Assembly (NCBI RefSeq): GCF_902713615.1
Contig: NC_052158.1
Span: forward strand, 86,436,822 to 86,500,821
DNA: 64,000 nt
DNA from: Scyliorhinus canicula
Lineage: Eukaryota
Direction: 5' to 3'
This document shows, one piece after another, positions 48,080-61,290 of the stretch. The notes beneath the pieces were generated by a model, which saw only the letters and a program-made list of their open reading frames with translations, was not told the origin of the DNA and searched no databases. The number at the start of each line of letters is the position of its first letter. Positions within the stretch are counted from its first letter, which is position 1. A program made the position numbers and the translations under genes.

Positions 48080-48952
48080 GGGCGGGATTCTCCAAAGTCG
48101 CGCCGGTTGGCAGAATCGCCGGCCGCGGCATTATATTGCGCGACGGCGTCCCGCCATTCTCCCAACCGGCGAGAACAGCCCCGTTGAGGTCGGCACCGCG
48201 CATGCTGGAGAATCGGGGTCCGTTAGACACACTGAGCCAGGTGTACGGTGGTGGAGGGGGCAGGGTTGGGGGTGGAGTGGGCAGAGTGTGAGGGGGAGGG
48301 GTTGGGGGTTGTCTCACTTGCTACTGCGCCTCCGACCTGGCATGGCGCTACCTCCTGGGTGGCGGAACCCCAGTGTTTGTCAGCAGTCTTATCCTGCAGA
48401 GGAGGGGGGGGGGTTGGATAAAGCATCACAATTAGGTGGTTATCATTAGGATGTGCAGATATAGGCTACATTATTGCTGGGTGGGGAGACAGTTGGAGCC
48501 ACCCACTCTCGTCAGAGCGGGGGGTGTGCCCCCTGGCACTGATCGCGGTGCCAACCTCACGCCAGCCGTGCCTCACACTGCTTGACGGTTGCCGATGCCC
48601 ACGTCTTGGGCAGATGATGGCCCTGCGTTCTTCCACCTCATCCAGCAGGGTGTCCAGGTCTGTGTCGCAGAACCTGGGAGTGGCTCGCCGGGGCTCAGCC
48701 ATCGCGTCTTCTTGGGTCCTGTGCACGGATCGCGCACTTTAAATAGCGGTGCGCGGTGTCAGCTGGGCATCGCACGATGACGATGCTGCTTTTGCGCCGC
48801 GCCCCCCCCTCCCCGAGTTTCACGCGACCCCGCTGCTAGCCCATTTGCGTGCCTTGAATCGCTCATGACCGTGGCCGTTTCGCGCCGTTGTGACACGCGA
48901 CAGCATTCACAACGGCGCGGGCACTCTGCCACATTATTGGAGAATCCCGCCC
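48080..48952 (-). mobile_element. Non-autonomous PIF/Harbinger element with Myb/SANT-like ORF remnant
   Basis: TIRs GGGCGGGATTCTCC/GGAGAATCCCGCCC; 3-bp flanks ATG/ATT; ORF MAEPRRATPRFCDTDLDTLLDEVEERR..WREVGTAISA..RS. Confidence 0.85.
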
Positions 48953-49084
48953 ATTGTACTGCATGTCAACTCCATTCTTTCAATGCCTGTGTAGATGTCT
49001 TTCCAGCACACAGCTGATCTGGCATTGAGCTTGTGGTACCCATTCCAATGGGACCCATTCCAATGGGACCTACATAGCTTTTCT

Positions 49085-49310
49085 TTTAAAAAAAAGTCTG
49101 AGTATCCAATTCATTTTTTCCAATTAAGGGGCAATTTAGGGTGGCCAATCAACCTACCCGGCACATCTTTGGTTTTTAGGGATGAAACACAGGCAGATAG
49201 TGGGGAAGAATGTGCAAACTCCACTCAGACAGTGACCCAGAGCAGGGATCGAACCTGGGATCTCGGCGCCGTGAGATTGCAGTGCTAACCACTGCCCACC
49301 ATGCTGCCCT
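49085..49310 (-). mobile_element. HE1-like SINE
   Basis: Antisense tRNA head and core. Confidence 0.8.
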
Positions 49311-50185
49311 AGCCGACATATGGTTTCCAGAGAAATTCTTCCTGCATTATTTTGGACGTGATTATTCTGCATCTGCCTCACTGCATGTCATCTTCCAGTG
49401 AGATGCCGTCGCTGATAGCCAGCATTATGGCAGTACCGGTCTGTGTTTGCAGTATCTTATCAGGCCCTCCCTGGTTCACTTGCTGAGAGAGTGCCTGTAA
49501 CTCCTTGTCTTTGTCAGTCTCATCTCTAATTAACTCTGTTTTCAGTCATGTTACATTCACGAGGTAATGGATATTTATACCTGGATCTTTTATCTCATGG
49601 TTTGCTGCGATAAGCTGCAGCTCTTTGCAACTGTAGCCCCAGGAAAGCAGGATCATCTGTTTCGATGATATAGAACTTCCTTTCCTTTGTGCGTCCCTCT
49701 AAAATGGGTTGTTCCGAGTTGTTGAATCTCGGATTCCCTTCATATGCTCTTAGCATGACATTGTTTAGTTTCTAAGCACCTTTATAGCACCAAATTAGTC
49801 ATTTTGTTTCAAATTTTTAGAAAAGACCTGGCATAGATTGAGTGGACTAATGTTACTCTGTGCTCCATAACCAAGCTTCAGATTTCTGACTGAGCTTATT
49901 TCTCACCTCGCTTCCTGATCTGAATGGTCGAGGAGAATTTTTTTCCATGGGAACGGCTGCATCCAGCCATTTCATGGAGTTGCATGATTCCTATGACATC
50001 TAAACCTAGTGTCATCTTCGAGATTATGGGTGTTTTCATTCTTTTTACTTCTCATTTGCCCTGTTGCTATGTCTCTGGTACTCCATTTACTCTCTTCTTT
50101 CTTTGTTCTGCACATCTTTTCCCAGTGATTTGGCTTTCCACAAGCTATGCCATTCATACATTTCCTTTTTGTTTGTTAACTTGTG

Positions 50186-50759
50186 GGGCGGGATTCTCCA
50201 AACCCGCAGCAGAGTGTCCACGCCGTTGTAAACGCCGTCACGTTTCACGAGGTGAGCGTGCCGCTCCCAGTACTAATTCTGCCCCCTGCAGCACCAACGC
50301 GTGCAAGCGCAGTGGCCTCCTTCAACGAGCTGGCCCCGACGCATCATAGCACAGGAGTACAGGGGCCGGCGCGTAAGAAAGGAGGTCCACAGCCACAGAG
50401 ACCGGCCCGCCAACTGGTGGGCCCCGATCGCGGGCCAGGCCACATTGGAGGCCCCCCTGGGGTCGGGTGCCCCCCACACCCCCCCCCCCCCCAAAACAGG
50501 CTGCCACCCAACCCTTCCACGCCGAGGTCCTGCCAGCCCAGAGCAGGTTAGAACGGCACCGGCGGGACTCTGCTCTTTTCATACGGCCGCACGGCCCATT
50601 TGGGCCGGAGAAACGGCTTGCCAGCCGCGTAGAGCGGCCTGCATCCGCACCGCACCAACCGCGCCAGGGCCAATCCGCTCTGCGGAGAATCGTGTGTCGG
50701 CGGCGTGGCCCGTTCGCGGGGGTTCTCCAGCCTGGCCCCGGGCTGGGAGAATCCCGCCC
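50186..50759. mobile_element. Harbinger-type MITE
   Basis: TIRs GGGCGGGATTCTCC/GGAGAATCCCGCCC; perfect 3-bp TSD GTG. Confidence 0.88.
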
Positions 50760-51403
50760 GTGGTCACCAACATGACTGTATCTCTCTCTGTTGTGCATTC
50801 CTTTGCTGCCGTTTCATGGCATCTGCCTGTGTTTCACTTAACCCAACTGAAGGCTTGCTCGTTGGATCATTAGCATGTTCATCTGTCTACTTGGGTTTCG
50901 TGAGATCTGGTACAGTCCACAATTGTGAGCTTGTCCTTTCCAATTATGTCTCAGCCCCAAATGAGCTGCCCCAGCAGTCTTTCATCTGTGTCCCTGATTT
51001 TACGTTCCTCAATTTTAGAAAATGTTCAAAAAACTCACCTGATTCTCACCTCAGGCTTTCAAACTCATATCAGTTGTCCTGATTTTTGACTTTTCCTGGG
51101 GGTATATGCTGAATATTTTCAAAGATTATGCTTTCATCATCACCCAACTCCCAGATTTTAAATAAGTTTAACCCTTTCTCTTGTATCCACAAAAATATAC
51201 AGCTGATCCTTTCCTCTTCACTGGTTCTGCCTTTTAGAAACTTACTGAATGTCAGTCCATGCTATTCTAAACTTCTCATGCCTTTATGACATCATCAGCC
51301 TCCCAGTTTATTGTTGTGCTTATTTGTCAAACCTTTTACATGATTCTGTCATAAAGCTACAACTCAATTTTTTATAAATAAAATTTTTCAAAGTCTTTTA
51401 ACT

Positions 51404-52691
51404 TGTTAGGACCCCAGTTAATACAACTCTAAGGGGAAATCACAGAATGGAACCCTGGCTCAAAAGACCGTAACTTTTATATTTCTTTTATAAACCTTGG
51501 AGGAACAGAGTCACAGGACCACTCATTAGTTTTAACAACAGGAAAAAACGTTTAGAATACATGAAAAGTTGGATTATTATACAATTCTCCATTAGTCCTC
51601 CATCCTTAGCTTAAAAATTACACACACGTTTTAAAGACAAACATGAATTATAAAGTGCATCCTAAGTTACAATGGTCTCATTAACACACAAAGTCCCTTT
51701 TACACACACAAGATGACTGGTCAAATCCACTCATTCTGCTCTGCATCCAAGTTGTGTCCTGTAGATTTCTCCTTAGTATCCCCCCAGATGATGATCACAA
51801 GAGAGTTTCCAAACTCCACTCCCAAAAACATTCTTCAAAATCTTCTCTCAGAAAAATGTTTTCCCGTAGCGATTTGTGTTATGAAATCTAGACCAGGTTT
51901 TCCAAACGATACTTTAAACAAAGCTTCTGCTCCACTTTTACAGCAAATCCAGTTTAAGAATTTACACAATTCCTTTCTGATTTATTTGTCTTGACTGCTG
52001 TGTAAAATGCTCACACTTGCTTTAACGTTTGATTCTCAGACTATATTAAAATGGCAGCAGATATTTGTTTTCCCTTAGAAGGCTGCTGTCACACTTTAAA
52101 TCTGGTTACTGCAATTGTCTCTAACTCAGAACACTTTGTTTACTCTTTCTTGAAGCCTTCTGAACCATACCTTTGCCTCTGTTCACTTAACTCCAGACTT
52201 CTTGGGACACTTCTCTTCATTTCTCCACTCTCCTCAACTAACTGCTCTTCAGATCTCTGCACTTGTTTTCTTAACATTACTCCATGGTATGACTTTTCTT
52301 CTCGTGAAGCTGAAATAAATTTTCCTTCTCTCGCCTTTTAAGCAGAGCTGTGAGAGCTGTCTTCTTTCTCACTATCTATCTCCAACTGAAAGCAAATTAG
52401 CTAACTAAAACTTATCTACCTTGCAAAGCTCCAGTTGCTAAGAAACACCCACATGCTTATGTCTTTTATTTATTCTTCATGCAGTCGCTCTCTCTAAGCA
52501 AAATAGAAACAAAGTTGGAACTTAAGCAATCTCCATACATACAGACACCTTTATCCAGCATGAATCAAACAATAGGTTTTACCCTTCTAGGCACAGAAAT
52601 ATTAAATTAAACCTGCTTAAAACTATACCTTATTTCTAATGTTTACTGATACAAATAATCTACCAATGCAAAAACCTTTGTTTACCTAACA
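51404..52691. mobile_element. Long solo LTR (~1.29 kb)
   Basis: TGTTAGG...CCTAACA inverted ends; 4-bp flanks AACT/AATT; no coding content. Confidence 0.65.
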
Positions 52692-52914
52692 AATTGAAAT
52701 TCAAAATTAAACAGAACAAACTGCTTTAATTTTTAAATTAATAATTTTTGTTGTCACAAGTTGGCTTACAATTAACACTGCAATGAAGTTGCTGTGAAAA
52801 TCCCCTAGTCGCCACACTCTGGCGCTTGTTCCGGTACATGGAGGGAGAATTCAGATTGTCCAGTTCATCTAACAAGCATGTCTTTCGGGACTTGTGGGAG
52901 GAAACCGGAGCACG

Positions 52915-53450
52915 CAGAGTTACTCCAGCTAAAAGGACAAGAAAGCAAAGTATCTCTCGCTGGTGCTGGAGAAAAGCTCAACAAGGCCATGGGCAAAAGG
53001 AAATTAAACAGTTTGTAGCCATTCTGTGGAATCCAGTGTCTCCAAACTAACTGCGAGCTTTCCAGAGTCTACTGTAATCACCCAATGTACTAGCATATAT
53101 GCTCATGGAGAAGCCAAAGACTGATCCATGTATTTTAAAAAAAATTTTATCTGAACTTTTAACTTCTCATCTTATCAGTGGGTGAATGTGTATCTGTTGT
53201 ATCCTCTTGAGTATTTTCTCAATTTAATTTTTAGTAGCTAATAAACGTTTCCTTTCTTTCTCCAGAAAGTCTGGTTAAATTGGTTCCTTCTAAAAAGTAA
53301 CTGCAATTGGGCTGGGAAATGGTATCCACAAGGGAAGGGATTCCTTTAAAATTAACCTTGTTGCACAATCAGGGTGTGGGTTGAAGAATGAAGGGGAACC
53401 TGCTAATTCCTTCTCACCCGGGGGCATAACAAAATTGGGGTCTTGTTCAA
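52915..53450 (+). mobile_element. 3' part of an LTR with a degenerate tRNA-Pro-like PBS (ERV1-like)
   Basis: AATAAA near 53240; ends CATAACA at 53431; then TGGGGTCTTGTTC. Confidence 0.4.
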
Positions 53451-53517
53451 TAAGTTAATAAATTTAGGGGACCTTGCCCCAGGACTGGTCGAAACAATTC
53501 ACTCCATTTTTCTCTCT

Positions 53518-53830
53518 GGGACGGCGTGGTGTACAGTGGTTAGCACTGCTGCCTCATTGTGCCAGGGTCCCGGGTTCAATTCCAACCTTGGACGACTGTC
53601 TGTTTGGAGTTTGCATGTTCTCCCCATGTCTGCATGGGTTTCCTCCAGTTGCTCGGGCTTCCACGCACAGTCCAAAGATGTGCAGGTTAGGTGGATTCAA
53701 TATACCAAATTGTCTCCAAAAGGGGTTGCAAGATGGGGAATTAGGCCTAGGTTAGGGTGTTCTTTCCGAGGGTCGCTGCAGGCTCGATGGGCCGAATGGC
53801 CTCCTTCTGCACTGTAGCATTCTATGATTC
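53518..53830 (+). mobile_element. HE1-like SINE
   Basis: tRNA head, core, CR1-like tail. Confidence 0.85.
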
Positions 53831-55599
53831 GGAGGTTGGTTTTTCAATCTCACTCAAAGTTTTACTCTCAGATATCCACTTCCACTGTTTCATCCTTGGG
53901 TTCCCATCGGTTTGAAATAATCAAAATGCTCGAACGTCTTGGAGTATATTTTACAGCTGTCCACATGGCTGGTTAGTTGATAAGATTGATACATTGGGCA
54001 GAATTTTCTAGTCCCCACCTTGTCAGCTGCAGGACTGGAAATTCCTGCCCAAACATAATGAGCCTTTGCTGGTCCTTCAAATTTTCCATCCCAACCATGA
54101 TGTTTCCCAAGGAAGACAGGATTGGAAAGTCCCAGCCATAGCTATTTGGCACAAGCTGCAGTGTAACAGTATATGTGGAACCCTGGGATATATATATTTA
54201 CACAAGCATTAATACCTAGCTTTTTACGAATAATATTTTACGAGTGTTATAAAATGTTAAGTATAGTTATATGAGCCCCCTTTAACTGACATAATTTTGA
54301 TTGCACTATTTATTCATATTTATCATTTTCACATTCTTTTTATTCCTTCTCTGCTTCCTCCCTTCTGTCAAAGGCAAAAAAAAGATAGTTGGGAATCCTG
54401 AAGCCCAGGCAAGACATTACGATAAGGATTTTTTCCATCAGATGCACTTAAATTATATTCCCATGCCCTGTAGTTAATGTGTTACCAAGGCGTTTCAGCC
54501 GCTCCCAAACTGCGACTAATGAGTGGTGACCACACTCTATTGCTCTGCCCCTATAATTAATGTATACATACTTTTCAGTGGTTACAATTTATTTGATACT
54601 GACAACAGCAATCCAATCTTGCTCTCTCTCCCGCCCAGTCTCCCCCGACTTTAGTTGTTATTTAGCTGCAGCTGTTAGCACTAATTAAGGCATGTTAATG
54701 GCAGCAATTAATCTTCAGCTTTTGAATAGAAGATTTGGCAGAATTAGCAAATAAAGGCTGCCTCGTTATTACCCTTCAATTCTAGGTATTGCACTCTGTT
54801 TAAATTATTAGGATTTTATTTCACGTTATTGTGTAGCATAAAAGTAACATTTAAATGTTGTGCCGTTTCAAATTTATCCAGAGCACCAAAGTCTGAATAA
54901 AAATACCTCCGTTGTAAGACAAAAAGACAAACAATTTCATATTGATCAAAAAATTCATACTGTGCTCAGAAAGCTAGGCACATTTGGTCATTGTTCTCAA
55001 ATCAGCTACTGGTAAGTAGGAATGGATTGATGATTCTAAAAGGCTGAATGACGCATCTGAATTACAGAGATTAAGTTTTATGTCAAAGTGCAGTAGAAAA
55101 GAAATCCAATGATTATTTTGACCTTTTGTATAAAAACTAAAGCTACTACAAGCAAACTGTCATTAATAATTTATGATGCCAGATGGTAACACGTCAGACA
55201 TTGGGTGTACACTGATGTATCAGTAATTGGTCCTTTAGATCTAATGGGTCCCATAGAAAGTGGATGAAAATGGTTAGTTTTGAATGGATTGTAAATTTTA
55301 AGTTTTTATTAAAAACATGTGAAAGAATATAACATCATCAATATTTACTAAGCTGTACAAAGATGCTTGCGTACAGAATAGCCAGAGGGCTTATGCAGAC
55401 AATAATGATTATTCTGTAGAATAAAAGGTTAACATCAGGAGCACCTGATACTGATGTAACTATGATACAATGTCATATGACTAAGAAAGTGAGATCTCTT
55501 GGGAAACAGAAGTACAACCTTGTGTAAAGTACTGATATGTATCTATCCGCCCATCCACCCCCATAAATGTAGATCTGTAAATAAACAAGAATGTTTTAT

Positions 55600-55820
55600 A
55601 TTTTTTAATTTTTAAAAGTAAATTTGGAGAACCCAATTCATTTTTTCCAATTAAGGGGGAATTTAGCATGGCCAATCCACCTACCCTGCACATATTTGGG
55701 TTGTGGGGGTGAAACCCATGCAAACACGGGGAGAATGTGCAAACTCCACACCGACAGTGACCCAGAGCCGAGATCGAACCTGGGACCTCAGCGCCGTGAG
55801 GCAGCAGGGCTAACCCACTG
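55600..55820 (-). mobile_element. HE1-like SINE
   Basis: Antisense core; AAGAATGTTTT on both sides (TSD-like). Confidence 0.82.
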
Positions 55821-57073
55821 AAGAATGTTTTTTATGAATAATGGCCTGTGGCAGTATTCGTAAGGTAACAGCCAAACCCTAAAGAAGCCGCTTCTAGACC
55901 CCGAACCCATCAGAAATATGGAAGCATCAGGCAGAGCAAACGACCCAGGAAAAACTCTTACGACGACTGCAGATCTGAAAGTCTCTCTGAATCCTTGGAA
56001 AAGGACAGGATGAAAGGTTGAAGACTCGCCTGAGAATGGGAGCATTATGGGTGCTGCAGATGCAGAACCTGGGTCCCCAGCACAGTGGGGCAGCAGTGAT
56101 AACCGCCGTGTGTTGATTATCCCACCAATCAGGACATTAGAGTGGGGAATCACCCTAGGCTCTGGAGTCCTCTCTTCGGCAGAAGTCACATAGGAAGCGG
56201 GGGGCTGTAGTGTAATCGGTGTTTTCTTATCAATAAATAATTTTACATTCACAAATGAAGCCTGTGAAAGTGCATCACAACTGGCAACAAGGATAAAATT
56301 GTCAATACATCTCTTCTGGCCTGACAACTGTGACTACCCTGTTTTAATGGAAGTCTGAAAAAGAAATTCTCACGAGAATGTCTCTCTTTGGCCAAATAGA
56401 CCCCTTTAAGATATTGAGATATTGCCAGACCATGTGTAATGTAGAATCAGAAAAGATGGCCAGTTACAATATGCTCAGTGCATTAACGATACTGAAAGAC
56501 AGACATGGAAAAACAAACCTGTATTTGTCTGCAGAGTCAAAAGTTTAGAAAGAAGCTTCTAAGGAAACGAAAAACAAAAGGTGGCCATGTGGAGCTGGCA
56601 GTTAGAAGAGCTGTGGCTTCAAATTTAAAAAGGAATTTGGATAAAAGGCACAAAATTGCTGCAGTTTTTAAAAGAAAAAGGCTCAAAAATCTTTTTTTAA
56701 AAAAAGCTGGCACCATCAGGAAGCAGTGTTACAGCTTTAAGAGTAAACAAAAAAAAGAAACAGTTCGAGACACTCTGTACCTGCATTGATCGATTTGTTG
56801 AAAAATACACCTGCAAAGGTAAGCCACCTGTATCTGAGCAATTACAGCCTGTGGGAGGAAAAGATTACCACACAGTCTTGAAGTAACAATACCCTTAAAG
56901 AGGCAATAACTCCCATGCACTTAATGCAGCAACCATGAAAAGGAGCAAACAGCTTTGGACAGGAAAATTAGAGAAGACCCCATAGAAGGCATCTCTTTTT
57001 GAAAAAAAAAACATCCGTAAGCAACAAAGGCCTCAAAGAAGAGGCAACAATAGACCTCAGAGGAGGCAATGAA

Positions 57074-57256
57074 GGGGCTGTTTAGCTCACTGGGCTAAAT
57101 CGCTGGCTTTGAAAGCAGACCAAGGCAAGCCAGCAATACGGTTCGATTCCCGTAACAGCCTCCCCGAACAGGCGCCGGAATGTGGCAACTAGGGGCTTTT
57201 CACAGTAACTTAATTTGAAGCCTACTCGTGACAATAAGCGATTTTCATTTCATTTC
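57074..57256 (+). mobile_element. Short tRNA-derived SINE (second family)
   Basis: A box TAGCTCACTGG, B box GGTTCGATTCCC, (TTTCA)n tail; antisense copy at ~63525-63705; tail-only piece at ~28220-28265. Confidence 0.85.
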
Positions 57257-58329
57257 AAGGAAGAGATCCCAAAGACCTCAAAGAGGAGGGTACTCAAAAG
57301 TTCCCACAAGGAGGGCAACATTTTGTCGGAGACAGACCTAACCAACAGTGAAACCAAAAGACTTAGAAATGAAGGTTCCAATTAGAAATGTATACATTCA
57401 GTAAGAACAGATTGGCCTTGGAAGAAACACCAAAATTACAGACCTCAAAAGAAAATAGGAACAATTGAACATAGAGGAATCAGCAAAAAGAATTAAAGCT
57501 CTAGCGAAGATATTAAAAAGGACAAGGTGAGATGGCTGACAAACTTGGCAAATAAAGAAGTTGCAAAAAAAAAACAAAATTAACTTGAGAAGGAGAAATT
57601 AATGAGACAATGTAGAATTTAAAAAATCTAAATTAAAACAAGTCCAGTGAAGAATTGAATCAGGAGAATAAGAGCTTGGAGAGAAGCTCGACAGTGAGAA
57701 ATTAACTGATGAGATAAAACTTGATAAATTGATGAATTTGACGCAGAATCGGCAATTAAGACAGAGAAAGAAACTGAGATTGTGTGCCAGAACAAAATTG
57801 CAGAAACGGTCACGTAAATGGAAAAGCACAAGAACCAATATGATAAAATGGTCGATGAAAAAGATACTGAATTGAAATGCTGGAAAGAGAAGAAATTTTA
57901 TCACACAACCCAAGTATCAGAAACAATGTATCATGACTATCCTCTGATGTCTTTCGTCTTGACAGTTCACAAAGAACTGTCAAGACATAAGACTTTGTTA
58001 TGCTGTGATGATATGTGCCTGCATGTATTATATTGTAGGGTGCTCGGCAGAGCAAGAGGTCAACGTGGGACTGGAGAGTGCACTGTCCACATATCATTTG
58101 ACTAAATATGTATAAGGTGAGAGAACAGTCTAGTATATAAAATTCAGTGAGCAGCATGCCTGCATGGAACAGCTCCATGCAATCCTATATTTGAAATTGT
58201 ACATAGTTAAACAAGTGTTTATGTTTAAACACACCAGCCTCAAGATCTCATCAATGAGCAATCTCCACTGCAACAATAAAAAAACTATTAAGTACATAAT
58301 ATGAAACTTCGGTAGCAGATCAAGTTAGA

Positions 58330-58640
58330 TCTCCAGAATTATTGGTTCTAAAATGGACCCCTGTCATACCAAATAGACATAGAGGGACAGATCGTACATA
58401 AGCACGTGGACCACTTGAGAAGTAGAGATGCTCCAGTCTGTGTTGACATCAAGAAATGTTTTTGAACACAAAAATACCAAAATGTGTGATCGACCTGTTA
58501 TGGACTTAACTGATGTTTCAGTGGAAGAAAGTAGTAATGAATTGCCTGTGTCAGAAGGGGTACCCATTATTGCAGTTCCTGTTCCCTATGGAAGCATCTC
58601 AGGCTGCAGAAATACTCTGCTCTACAAAACAAAACAGAAA
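58330..58640 (+). mobile_element. Gypsy integrase C-terminal remnant
   Basis: GPLSYQIDIEGQIVHKHVDHLRS motif. Confidence 0.6.
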
Positions 58641-58959
58641 AATCCTTTAATCCTGTTTATAATTGTCCAATTCATGTATATAATGTTTAGTTAGGAAGAT
58701 ATAGTGATGCATTTTCACAGACCTCATTTATGAAAACAAAAAGGATTTATTAATAAGAAAACGACAGCTGCACATAACTCCCTATATTCCTCCTGCCTAA
58801 GAAAGGACTCCACCCCACTCAATCTCAATTGGTTCCCCCAAGCCAGATGACCCTTACTCTGCTGTGTTGCTCTGAAAGGAACAATTACCAGAAATCACCA
58901 CACAGCCAAACTAATAAAGCAGCAACAAATATAGAGCTTAGAGTAAGCGTGGAGTTGAC

Positions 58960-60260
58960 ATGCCACCCTAAGAACTGTTCCAAAACAAGGGAGGTTTGCA
59001 ACACTCAACATTTGGACAGAAGAAAAAATTCTCCAGAAACAGAGCAGCTTCAATTTACATATGAAGGAACAGAAAGATCAGGTTAGTACTCAGCCTCAGC
59101 AGTAGGGGCCATACCAGACGATGCTATTGCAAATCCCGGCATCGCAGAGGCTTTAAGCTCATATGAGGAAGTCCTCCAGTCATTTGTATTTCATTCAGTG
59201 TTTGCAAAAAATTGATAATTGAGTGGGTGAAATTTAATAAGGGGAGACAAATTCTAGGCAAATCTATGGACCCATTTTATGAATGACCTGCACAGACTTG
59301 GGGAGAGTTTTAACTATGGGATCTTCAAATATGACTTAATGGTTACCCCACAGAATTCAAGCTAGATACTGAGGCAGGTGTTTCTGTATTATCTGATGAA
59401 GTTAAAATGGCTTAAAAATATGTTACAGCCATTCTCCATCCAGTTGCAAGGTCCAGGAGGGACTGCACTTTAAGTAATAGTTCAACACTTGGCAAGAATA
59501 AAGAAATTGTGGAACCCCTATATGTGATAAAGGACCAAGTGTAATTATTAATAATAATAATCTTATTGTCACAAGTAGGCTTGCATTAACACTGCAATGA
59601 AATTACTGTGAAAATCCCCTAGTCGCCACAGTCTGACACCTGTTTGGGTACATGGAGGGAGAATTCAGAATGGCCAATTCACCTATAAAGCAAGTCTTTT
59701 GGGGGCTTGTGGGAGGAAACCGGAGCACCCGGAGGAAACCCATGCAGACACAGGGAGAACGTGAAGACTCCACACAGAGTATGAGCCAAGCGGGAATCGA
59801 GCCTGGGACCCTGGTGCTGTGAAGCAACAGTGCTAACCATCGTGCTATCATGCCACTGATTACCGAGCAGAAAAACATGCTTTCAGCTAAGAGTCATTTT
59901 ACAAGGTTGATGAAATTGCTGATCAGTCCAGCCAGGTATTGTGAATTTCCATGCTACTTACAGGCCTAGGGAAACTGTAAGCAGAATATCATGTAACTCT
60001 AAGGGTAGGTTCTAGGCCTATATGTTTCCACACAGCAAGGATTGTCCCTCACCCACTCTTGTGCAAAGTCAAGAGCAAGATTGAATGCAACAAGTGGTTA
60101 TCTCTCCACTTTCTATATTGACAAAAATGGTGTTCTAGAATGTTTTCAGCACTAAAGTCTAATGGCTGATTTAAAATCTGTGTGGATGTGACTCAAGTCA
60201 GTGGACAGCATGATCCACCTGATGACATTAGTGAATGAATGTCTCTCCAAATTAGTGAAA
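58960..60260 (+). mobile_element. Degenerate Gypsy gag-pro-RT fragment interrupted by a SINE (59550-59855, -)
   Basis: FKLDTEAGVSV protease-like motif near 59356; ICVDVTQV RT-like motif near 60177. Confidence 0.55.
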
Positions 60261-60274
60261 GAAAGCACCGTCAA

Positions 60275-60493
60275 AATTGTTTTCAATATCCAATTAATTT
60301 TTTTCCAATTAAGGGGCAATTTAGCATGGCTAATCCACCGACCATGCACATCTTTGGGTTGAGTAGGCGAAACCCACGCAAACACGGGAGAATGTGCAAA
60401 CTGCACATGGACAGTGACCCAGAGCCGGGATCGAACCTGGGACCTCGGCGCCATGAGCCAGCAGTGCTAACCACTGAGCCAACATGCTGCCCT
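60275..60493 (-). mobile_element. HE1-like SINE
   Basis: Antisense tRNA head and core. Confidence 0.85.
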
Positions 60494-60879
60494 CACCTTC
60501 GCAAAACTGAAAGTTGAGGCAGTAGATTCTGGGCAAAGAAACCAGATTGCTGGCTACTATTATCACAAAAAAAGTAACAAATGAAGTACTGTGGAGACTA
60601 ACAGAAATTTGGGAAAACGCAGAGACATTGGGTACGGCAAGTCCTGACAGGAAATGGGCTCATAAGAAATATTATGTAGGGGCGATTTCAAGGAAAGAGA
60701 GGAGAAAATATCAGTTATGGATGGCTTGAAATTTTAAGGAAGTTATTGGAAAATGAAAAGATTGGCATACGACAGTGAGGCATGAAGACGACCATGTTCC
60801 AAGGACCTGCCTTCAAGCGAAGCGCATATGATAATTTTATGTGGACTATTTGTCACTTGTGCTGTCCTGAAGGTGCTGA

Positions 60880-61290
60880 AACATGCTGCACATTCTCACT
60901 GTCTCTGTGTGGGTCTCAGCCCCACAACCCAAAGATGCTTCACAGCTCCAGGGTCCCAGGTTCGATTCCCGGCTGGGTCACTGTCTGTGTGGAGTCTGCA
61001 CATCCTCCCCCTGTGTGCGTGGGTTTCCTCCGGGTGCTCCGGTTTCCTCCCACAGTCCAAAGATGTGCGGGTTAGATGTGCCCGTAGTGTCCTAATGTAA
61101 GGTTAAGGGGGGGGTTGTTGGGTATAGGGTGGATACGTGGGTTTGAGTAGGGTGATCATGGCTCGGCACAACATTGAGGGCCGAAGGGCCTGTTCTGTGC
61201 TGTACTGTTCTATGTTCTATGTTCTATGTGCAGGGTAGGTAGATTGGCCATGTTAAATTGCCCCTTAATTGGAAAATATAAATAAAAACA
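60880..61290 (+). mobile_element. HE1 SINE nested in another HE1 SINE
   Basis: Inner copy ~60935-61229 is nearly identical to the 2593-2943 SINE and sits at the AAGATG/TGCAG site of the outer copy. Confidence 0.82.

Larger units (their letters stand above)
46830..51350 (-). mobile_element. Degenerate Gypsy element interrupted by two Harbinger-type elements and a SINE
   Basis: Protease-like KLGYGAQSNI near 49850-49878; integrase-like segment at ~47500-47990; gag-like segment at ~50850-51300. Confidence 0.55.

Noticed and set aside
57074-57150. tRNA gene
   Set aside because: The A/B boxes belong to a SINE head with a LINE-derived tail; no proper cloverleaf.
2381-61100. Many short ORFs with GHCLCGVCTSS / VSSGCSGFLPQSKDV / MANPPNLHIFG peptides
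   Set aside because: These are translations of HE1 SINE sequence, not genes.
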